Assembly: GCF_006345805.1 (NCBI RefSeq) | Contig: NC_042998.1 | Span: forward strand, 176,638,001 to 176,702,000 | Source of the DNA: Octopus sinensis | Taxonomy: Eukaryota | Direction: 5' to 3' | Length of the DNA: 64,000 bases | Shown here: piece by piece, positions 54,190-64,000 of the stretch | Position numbering within the stretch: position 1 is the stretch's first letter | How the letters are laid out: each line of letters begins with the position of its first letter | Notes under the pieces: model-generated | Told to the model about the DNA's origin: nothing | The model's database searches: none | The model's input: the letters and a program-made list of their open reading frames with translations, nothing else | Translations under genes and position numbers: made by a program

Positions 54190-56412
54190 TATTCGATATG
54201 TCTGACTTTTCTTACATATTTTTTTTTCCAGTTTTTCTTAAATAAGGAGAACAATGGATGGATACAATATAAAAAGCAATAAGCACATGCCTTCTAAATT
54301 TTGTGATCTTGTTTTATTATTATTATTATTATTATTATAATTTTTTTCTATTTAAATTTTGGGATTTCTATTTTCTTGCACTTGAATTCATCATGTGTAG
54401 AGACCAAATTTCTGCATAGTTTATAGTTTCAAGCCATCAAATGTTCGAGAGTTATACAGGAAGGTAAAAATGCTTATGGCGCTCTTTGTAGTATTGTCAC
54501 ATTGCTAAGAATTCTTGTCTCTTGATCCACTTTAGCTTCATTCTTGGAAATGACATCAATGAATTAATTCCTCGCCTACCTTTCATTTTATTTTTTTTTG
54601 GTTTGTTTAAATGTAGATTTGTTTATGCAATGTAAGAAAACATTAATTATTCCCCCACCTCATCCCATTTTCTCCTTTACTTAGCAGGGACAGAAATACT
54701 ACTTTAAGAGATGCCCCCCGAAGACAATGATAAAATATAAAAAAATAAAAAATAAAAATTTGGAACAAACATGTCAGTAGAAAATATAAGTGGATGAGAA
54801 TTATTTCAAAGTAAATAATGATGACCACCCCCAAACAAATGGAATGGAAATAGGGAGCTGAGGGGGAATATGTATTTAGGTGAAAGGGGTGGGCAGGGAA
54901 GAATTAACAGTTTACCTAAGTAAAAGGGGCATTCATTTAATACACTGATTTGATCTGAAGTAAAATTTAGTAAGCATTTCATGATGATCCCTAACTGTAG
55001 GTTTTATATGTGTGTGTGAAAAGTTGCAATGGCCATGTACACATTCAGCTTGTATAATAATTACATTCACATCTAAGATGTAATATAGGGATATTAAATC
55101 AACTGCAGTACTTGACAGTTACTTTAATTTTATCAACCTTCGAAGGCTGAAAGGTAAAAGTTGACCTCGGTGGGATTTTGAGCTTCAGATAAAAAACCTG
55201 AAGGTTTCTTATAACCATTACTAGCATAGCATACAGCTATGTTCCTGACAAGGCACTGAACACCTCCAACTGTAGCTTACCTACTTCCAAAATATTTCAA
55301 CCAAGGGAGGAAGGAATAGCTTTCTGATATAAAAACTATGCATACTGTTTAACCAGTGAAGTATTTTACAGTGCTGACATGTTAAACCTGCCAAGGTTAC
55401 CATAACCTAAATTCACTATGTTAGGAACCAACATATTCTAGAAAAAAAAAATTTTTTTTCTCTCCACTTGACAGACATTTAGGCCAATGACAAGCAATAC
55501 ATTTTATGAATATATAGTTGTATACACATACACATACTAGATGTAAACACACAAGTGTGAAAGAGAGGAAGAAAAGACAGTTGTCAATACTGAAAGAACA
55601 GAGATATAATTTATCAGAAGCTGAAACTTCAGATATCTTTACTCCAAGTTTCTTATTCTTGATTTGTAAATGATTACACACACAAACATTGAACTATGTC
55701 AAACGTATGATAGAGAAGTACTCAATACAATGTACAGTGTATGGCTTATTGAAACCAAGAGTTTATCTCACAGCTTGAGAGTTTCACACCACTGCTATCT
55801 TTGGGTTCTTGCCTGAAGATCACAATAACATGAAACTTTATATGTGGGACAGACATTCACTTTCACTAAGCTGTATACATATATGACAAAGTGTCTAGAA
55901 TCTGTGAAGAAGTTGGGAACAAAACTGTTTTTAGAAATTATCTATGCCTTGATGTCATGTAGATGGTATAATATATACATACATGTATGTATATATGTAC
56001 ACATAAATAACAATGAAGTTAAACCAAGTAATGATATTTTTTAATGCTTTTAATGCATACACTTCAGTTAATTGCACAACAGATAAAAAGGGAATTTTAT
56101 CTCTTACGTAAAATCTTCCTCAGTTATGACGTATCAAAATATGCATTCAAGATATTATCATTTGGTTTGTCTTCATTATTATGCATATTCTAAGTCTCTA
56201 TGCCAATGTAGGCTAGCCAGTCCTAACTTCATTCACACTGATGCAGGAATGGTTTGTTCAAAGTGCTTGAGATGGACATTCTGGCAATGTGCATCACTTC
56301 TAGGCATAACATGAAATACACACACACACACATCTTTACATACACCCTCATCCACATATGACCTATCCTGAAGCATGACTTTTATAAATATGCATATATG
56401 AATGTAAAATAA

Positions 56413-56798
56413 TACTCTTTTACTTGTTTCAGTCATTGACTGCGACCATGCTGGAGCACCGCCTTTAGTCGAGCAAATCAACCCCGGGACTTATTCTTTG
56501 TAAGCCCAGTACTTATTCTATCGGTCTCTTTTGCCGAACCGCTAAGTGACGGGGACGTAAACACACCAGCATCGGTTGTCAAGCAATGCTAGAGGGACAA
56601 ACACAGACACACATACATACATATATACCTCTATACGACAGGTTTCTTTCAGTTTCCGTCTACCAAATCCACTCACAAGGCATTGGTCGGCCCGAGGCTA
56701 TAGCAGAAGACATTTGCCCAAGATGCCACGCAGTGGGACTGAACCCAGAACCATGTGGTTGGTAGGCAAGCTACTTACCACACAGCCACTCCTGCACC
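56413..56798 (-). mobile_element. tRNA-derived SINE family C (CORE-like central motif), near full length
   Basis: Minus-strand head GCAGGAGTGGCTGTGTGGTAAG..GGGTTCAGTCCC, then GCATCTTGGGCAAATGTCTTC, body and internal (GT)n/(AT)n. Confidence 0.8.
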
Positions 56799-57947
56799 TA
56801 TATATATTTATATCATAGTAAGTTTTGGTTTCTCTTATTCTAGATAAATGCTTGACATCAAAAGAATATGACAACTGCTTTGGACCAAGTTCATTTTGAA
56901 GATAAGTGTACGGATGGCAGAATAACTAAGATACTGGACAACTAGCCACGAGGTTGGAGGGTCGCATCCTATTATGAACACTGCATTTTGACATACAACC
57001 CTCATATAGCCCAGGCAACCAAACTGAAATTAGGTTCAGCAAAGTAGGAAGAACTTACTGCTCTAAACAGCAGTGGTAGCACTGTAAATTTGACAAGTGT
57101 TTCGTTAGCTTGCAGTGATGAATTCATCTCCTCTGAGACAGCTTGAAGAGAGATGAGCTCTGCCGAGCTGATTTTCACTAGGTATTCCATATACACTACT
57201 TAGAAAACAAAGTCTTCAGGAGTGCTTCAAACAACCTTATGGATTATATAAAATAAAGGAGATGGATAGAAACTCCATTTGAAGTCTTATAGATTCCTTA
57301 ATTTTTAATCATATGAGCTTTGGGTGAAGAGCTTTTAGATTTTATTTTTAATTTGCTAGGCTGTCATATATTTTCTCATGAGCTGTCCTTCATTCTATTC
57401 TTTTAAAGAAGTTTGATCATTTCTTTTTTCAAATTCCAGTTTTCATGAGACAAAACCAAATAGGAATCATATATATATATATTTATATATATATGCAAAA
57501 ATGTAGTGTTATGTAATGTTATTAGAAAATTAGAAGTTTAAAAAAATTCAAATAATAAAATAAAAAAATTATGTCAATAAAAAATTAAAAAATATCGACT
57601 CAATTTGGCTTGCAAAGAAAATTTTTAAAAAAAACAATAATAAAATTTGCTTTTCAGGTACACATACAGAGAAATAAACACTCTTGCATACACACACTCA
57701 CTTCACACCTATAGATACAGAGTAATTCATTGCTTTATGCTGCTTTTGTTTCCATATCTTTTAATATGCAGATTTACAGATATCTATCAGAACCAGGCAT
57801 CTTTTTCATACGTACAGACAACTCTAGCATGTAACCAAAATCACAAGGAAATATTCGATGTGAGCAATACAGTATGTATGTGTGTGTGAGTGTATGTGTC
57901 TCTCACTCCCTCTCCCTCTATATATATATACATACACACACACACGT

Positions 57948-58004
<57 letters not shown>

Positions 58005-58446
58005 TACACACGTGTATGTGAGCATGTATATGTATGGGAAATGGGAGCTAGAAATAGAAAGGGATAAAAATAGCTAGACAGGGACGGCACAAACACTAAC
58101 TTCACAGGGAAAAAAAAAATTAATAAAAAACAAGTTAGTTAATTTAATTAATTGTCAGGCTTGAAAAAATACAACAGAAATAATAGTTTTCATTAACACA
58201 ATAAATTTGTATATATACATCATATGTATTGTAAGTGTCAGCGACTGAGGTGTTGGATAATGGGATATGGTAGATTGGTATGTATTTGTTAACAAATGAA
58301 TCAATGAAGGAAGACAAAAATTAAAACTATATCAATAATAGTTAATAATAATGGTAATAGTAGTAGTAGTAATAATATTAATAATTATAATAATATTGGC
58401 AACAAACAATGACTATGACACTTTTTGAAGTGATATATATATATAT

Positions 58447-58527
<81 letters not shown>

Positions 58528-59399
58528 GTATATATATATATATTATATATATATATGTATGTATATATGTAACAAAGTAGCTATGAATCATGAGGACAAT
58601 ATCAATAGCAACAACGACATGGATTTTTAGATTTTTTCTTTCATTTTTTTTTTTTATTTTTGTTTTATATGTAATCTTAAAATAGATTTATAATTTTAAC
58701 CTAGACCCATTACTGTTTGGATAATGAAACAACAGTAAGATGAGAGAGACATTTATAATGAATAGGATAGCTTCCATTTAGTTTGATTTGCACAACAATT
58801 TCCATTGTTATCTATTCTTCCATCACATCCTCAATATGTCTGTGAATATTTTTAAGTCTTTTTTTTTTTTTTGAAAACCCTCTTGTCTTCTGAAATCGGC
58901 TATTTTTTTCTCTTTTTTTCCAACATGCATTCAAAGTTGTTTTCTGATGTTTGGTTTTCGATACACAGTTACCAAATTAATGAATTTAGGTACATAACAT
59001 CAAAGATGAACTTTCATCATCAATCGTAATAAAAACACAAATTGCATTTAATGATAATAATATTTAAAAGAAAGCAACAAACATAAAAAGAATCAAATCA
59101 AAAATGTATTTGGCAAAGAAAGTTTACAAAACTTTGATCAAAAGTTAGCTGCTTGGTCAAATTTAACAAATTATTTAAATAGATTAATTAAAAAAATTGT
59201 TTGATTGAATGTGTGTATGTGATGCACATTTATACAAGAAAAATATCAAAATCTAACAGCTACCAATTTATATAATCCTCAGATTATCAGTAAAACGCAC
59301 AATATGTATTTTTTCTTTTTAAAGAAAGTCACTGAGTTGAGGTTGAAATAGCATTATATACACACTGTTTGTGCATCCTGAAATATAACAGTGTGCTTT

Positions 59400-60910
59400 C
59401 AGCATGCTTCATATTCAAGAACAGGAAATCTTAAAAGACCCATCCATATAAATTACCAACCAACTGCCCACACTTTACACAATTTCAATGTAATGGAAAA
59501 TAACTGTCGATGACCATCTCCCACACCACATGGATTCTCTTTCATTCCTTAGTGACCACAAGTAAGGTTATAAACATACGATGTCAAAACACAGATGTTC
59601 CACAAGACAATGGCTTTAATAAAGCCTGCTCTGTATAATCTCCAATCTAAATTATCCAACAAGTTACTACATTCAGAACCAATTATTCTGATTGACAGCT
59701 TCTTCATTACCTGTTTCAACGCAGAACATGCCTATACTATCAACAATTCATCCGTTTCTCATTTTCTTTTAATTCACTACATCAATAATATATCATCTTA
59801 TACACTCTTACACTAAACACACCGACTTGCATTCGTTTCCTTTTCCTTGCAAGAAGCAGCCACTCACAACCATAAACAGCTTCTGACTAGCTTGCACATC
59901 CACCATTAATGAAATAAGGTATTTTGAAAATCAAGTAACATATACAATATACTGTCACCACACATCTCACAAACGACTCGTACTAAAAAGTTTGACAATC
60001 CCATTTCAGACTAGGTCTATTTCTATCTACTTCACCAGCAAAAGCTTAAACCCACAACATAGCTATGAATGCCATCAAGATGATGGAACTCCTTTTTTCA
60101 AAGTAAAAGATTCACTTCTAACCTTAAGCAGTGACTGAGACTTTACAAGGCCAAAATATCATAATCTCTCTTTCAGTAAAATATTATGTGGCATCCAAGC
60201 AAAATATATCCAAAAGATCATTCAACAAGATAGCTGCTATATAGTTACTGAACCTTGTTGACATTACCAGCAAAATATCTCTACAATCTCATAAATGTCC
60301 TACATCTTTTAAATTTTAAATTACAAGGCATCAGTCACACAACAAATGTGGGAAAGTCTTCGTTAGAAGAAAGCTCTGAACTGAAAGCTCTGTTTAAATT
60401 TATTTCATCTTTTATGCCCCATAGAGCTCCTCAACTAGGGCTACCCAACAGCAATAATTTTTCATCTTAACCCCTTAGTGTTTAAACCGGCCATTTCTGG
60501 CCCAAATATTCTATATGTTTTATAATCAAACTGGGAATATCTAGCCCCTCAAACCTAACCTACATTGACATCCAAAAAATATACAATTACATCATTGAAA
60601 CCTCAAAGCTATGAGGTAATGCACGATTAATTCAAAACAATTTGAGTGAAAAAGTATTACATTTAACAGAGTAATCTGAACACTAAAGGGTTAAATAGTC
60701 ACCAAATCTATTCCCACAATCAAACCGTGTCCTGTGTTCCAGGTTTTGCATAACTTCCAGAGCTTCTGCTCTTTCTAAGCCCAATCTCATTCATACCAAA
60801 CAACCTTACTCTTTTCGCTCAGTTTTAAACGTCCTTAAACCCTCTTCTAAATTCTTTGAATAATTCTTCCAATCTAGAACTAAAGGACCCCTGGAACCCT
60901 GCACCCCAGC
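59400..60910 (-). mobile_element. Possible highly decayed retroelement relic
   Basis: About 1.5 kb lacking microsatellites, with strong C-over-G skew on the plus strand like an antisense LINE. Only faint RT-like words (LLDFQ) and no clean motif. Confidence 0.25.
60471..60690. mobile_element. piggyBac-type MITE
   Basis: TTAA at 60467-60470 and 60691-60694. Termini CCCCTTAGTGTTTAAA and TCTGAACACTAAAGGG (13/16 inverted match, CCC/GGG ends). Confidence 0.8.
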
Positions 60911-61073
60911 CTTGCTTCCCCCACTGAACAGTAACCATACTTTGTGCAAACTGAACTTGACTCCTTTAAACCAAAGAACCCATACGGTATTTTTCTGTCC
61001 TCACTGGACAAAGAAAAATCGTGTTGGATATATATCTATATACGTGCATGTGGTGTGTGTGTGTGTGTGTGTG

Positions 61074-61123
<50 letters not shown>

Positions 61124-62393
61124 ATGTGGGCGCATATAAAATTTCAAGATGATAACCTATATCTCTTCTAGTTTGATTATTTAAATCCTCCCTCAGAAAT
61201 AAATATATCATAACACTGACATATCTGAGACACTGAATAGTAAAAAAAGGAAAAGATAACAAGAACAACAACAAAAATAACAACAACAATCTTTTGCAAA
61301 GTATATCAAAATTGAGAAACTATGCAAATTGTATAAGGAAAATGTCAAAACCATTATGATTCCAGATCTATAAGTCTGAAGAAATTGCTTAAGTCTCCAA
61401 GCATGCAGATACAAACACCTATAATGACAGTTATGCACACTTTTGCTTTCTTGTCAGGCATTCAAACTTAATTGAGTTTTTTTTTTTTAATCTGTTTCAC
61501 TCACTAAGCACTATGAAAAAAAGGTATGAGTTAATTGAAAAAAAAAAAAAACAAAAACAAAACGGAAGAAACTAATAAATACACACACATACATTAATGC
61601 ATATGCATACATATACATATATGCAAATATAACCACAAAATAAGTTACATAAATAAACATACACACACACACACACTATAAATAGTTTTGTTTTGTTATT
61701 TTTTTATACATGAAAATGTAAAATATATCAGCCATGAATATGGAAAAAAAAAATAAATATAAACCAAATAAAAAAATACAGAAAAAAGAATTATTTCTAT
61801 TTTTTCTGATGTATTTGGTAGATTACTATAATTATCATTATTATTATTATTATCATTATTATTATTAATATCATCGTTTTCATTTCAGAGTTGTGGGTTT
61901 GAGAAATTTCTTTATATTAAATCTTCGAGAGGTTTAAAGTATTTTGAGTGTGCAGTATTAAGCAACCACCTCAAAAAACATTGGATAGCTTGTTTCCAGA
62001 CAACCAACACACACACACACAAAATCAACAACACAATCAACAGATACATACAGAAAGGTGTGAGGGTAACAGCAGCAAACAGTTGTACCACAAGATGAAA
62101 TTCTGCACTAACTATAAACTGAATGGTGATTGGTCAAGAGCTCTTTTTTTCTTTTCTTTTTTTTTTGTTATCAGTTATGAGATGGACAATGGTAGGAAAA
62201 AATGCTGCAGTATGGGCAATGAAGTAAACTGAACCTCAATTCTGAAGTAGTAATAATAATAATAATAATAACAAGAGAAATATTTAAAATGATAATCTTA
62301 ATATACTCATACACAAACATTGGCAGAGATACACACAAGCACACAGTCATTGAGCTGTCATCTTGCAATAATTATAACTGTCATAATTATTAA

Positions 62394-62427
<34 letters not shown>

Positions 62428-64000
62428 TGTAGTTATAGTAGCTGTAACAGTAGTTATAATAATATGATGACGATCTAAAATCTTATTGATGCTGCTGGAG
62501 AAAGGGAAGGATATAGTGATTAATGATGACGATGATGGTGGTGGAAATAACAATAATAATAATATCAATAAGAGTAATGATAATAATGATAATAATAGTG
62601 ATGTAAAGAAAATAGTAGATATCCATCAACTAAAACAATGCGAACAAATACAAATCCGAACGGTTTTGACCAAAGACACTCTGCCAAAAAAACGTTCCAG
62701 TTTGAAATACTTGTACACCTTGTTTTTAGTTTTAAAAAAATAAAACAAAACATAAATTTCTTGTAGGCACATGTGCAAAATTTAACTTGGGTTTCTGTTC
62801 TGCCTTATGCTTTTTTGGTCACTAGATCAATTTTTAGTGCTATTGGTGAATGACTTTCTTTTTTTTAATTAACTTTTGGAATTCATTTTTAAAGTTGTTC
62901 CTTTTTCTTAGAAAAAAAAAAACAAACAAACAAACAAACAAAAAAGGTTAATAAATAAAAGGCAGGTGATGGGGGGAAAGGGAAGGGAATATTGCATGAG
63001 AAGTTAAATTTTAAGAATTTTCACTTTTAGCAGAAACGATTCAATTTGCTCTCTTTAAGACTTCTTTTCCTTGTCTCTTCTTTTTGAAGCTCATTTTTTT
63101 CTTTGTCATTGTTTTTCGGTTTGTATGTTAATTAATTTTGAAGTATCTGCTGCATTTTGCCAAGTTGCTTGACAAACATGCTAGTATCTCATTTAAATCC
63201 AAACTGTGATAATAAAATTGAAGGTGTTTTGAGAGGGCTTTGGGTTCAGGTTTGAGCAAGGGAGGGAAGAAGGATTCGAAGTCAGCTCTTTAAAAACAAT
63301 TTAGTGACAATGGTCAGTAAGTAACATCTATATAAAGATATTTTTTTTATCAATACCCACAATATACAATGTAGCTTACTTAATAATTATATGGACAAAC
63401 ATGGAAAATAAAATAAAACTCAAAAAGGTTTTAAAACTTGAAAAATATTTAACACTTATAAAAGAAACACTTAAAATTTTTATAGAAAAATTCAAATTTA
63501 ATAACACAAGATCCAACTGAATATCATTCCCCAGCCATCTAACAGTGTTGGTAATTTTTGGTGGGTTAGATATAGAGCAGGGGGGGAATAGGGGATAGAT
63601 GTATTAAAAGAGGAATGTCATAATCCTGGCAGTGATTAAAGGGTACAGTTTTTTTTTTTTTTTTTTAGAATTCATATTCTTCGGAGAAGCATTCAGTATT
63701 TATACCATCAATTGTGCGTATCACATACCATAGAATTATCTTTAGTCATGTTTCTGAAGGTTACTCGTTGTTGAGGGCAAGAGGGAATTTTTTTCTCTGA
63801 AACAGCTGATTATGTTTTCTTGGTCATTTATTTCACCTTACAGAATACTAAAACGTAATATAACAAAACAAGCAACAAGAAATTACTTTAGTTAGCTTTT
63901 GTTTCTTTCTGATTTTGTTTGTATTATTTTTTTCATGACAGAACAGTTTAATTTTTTTTTTATTTTTATTTAACTGGTTTATAATTATTGTCTGATTAAA

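Noticed and set aside
57002-57196. 64-aa minus ORF with an internal GTAAGT donor
   Set aside because: Acceptor is weak and there is no homology; insufficient to call an exon.

Overview
AT-rich, microsatellite-dense eukaryotic genomic DNA. The SINE families and repeat landscape suggest an octopod cephalopod, but that is an inference from pattern recognition, not a database result. I found no intact protein-coding gene, rRNA, bona fide tRNA or CRISPR array, and most ORFs in the supplied track are translations of simple repeats or transposon debris. 1-17.5 kb is a transposon mosaic: a CR1-type LINE 3' end nested in a mariner end, an R4/Dong-type RT fragment, a cluster of non-autonomous Helitron-like elements, several tRNA-derived SINE families (some dimeric, some alternating in orientation) and a MITE with an 8-bp TSD. 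17.7-26.6 kb is TE-poor and CpG-retaining, with a weak candidate minus-strand terminal exon and 3' UTR. From about 28-30 kb to the end, the DNA is strongly CpG-depleted and has no convincing ORF, which fits a methylated gene body (long intron and/or very long minus-strand 3' UTRs). That part also holds a near-identical 758-bp tandem duplication and a piggyBac-type MITE. I could not demonstrate a new biological system. The best leads are the CpG domain boundary, the long ORF-free putative transcribed region, the Helitron cluster and potential dsRNA (ADAR-substrate) structures.
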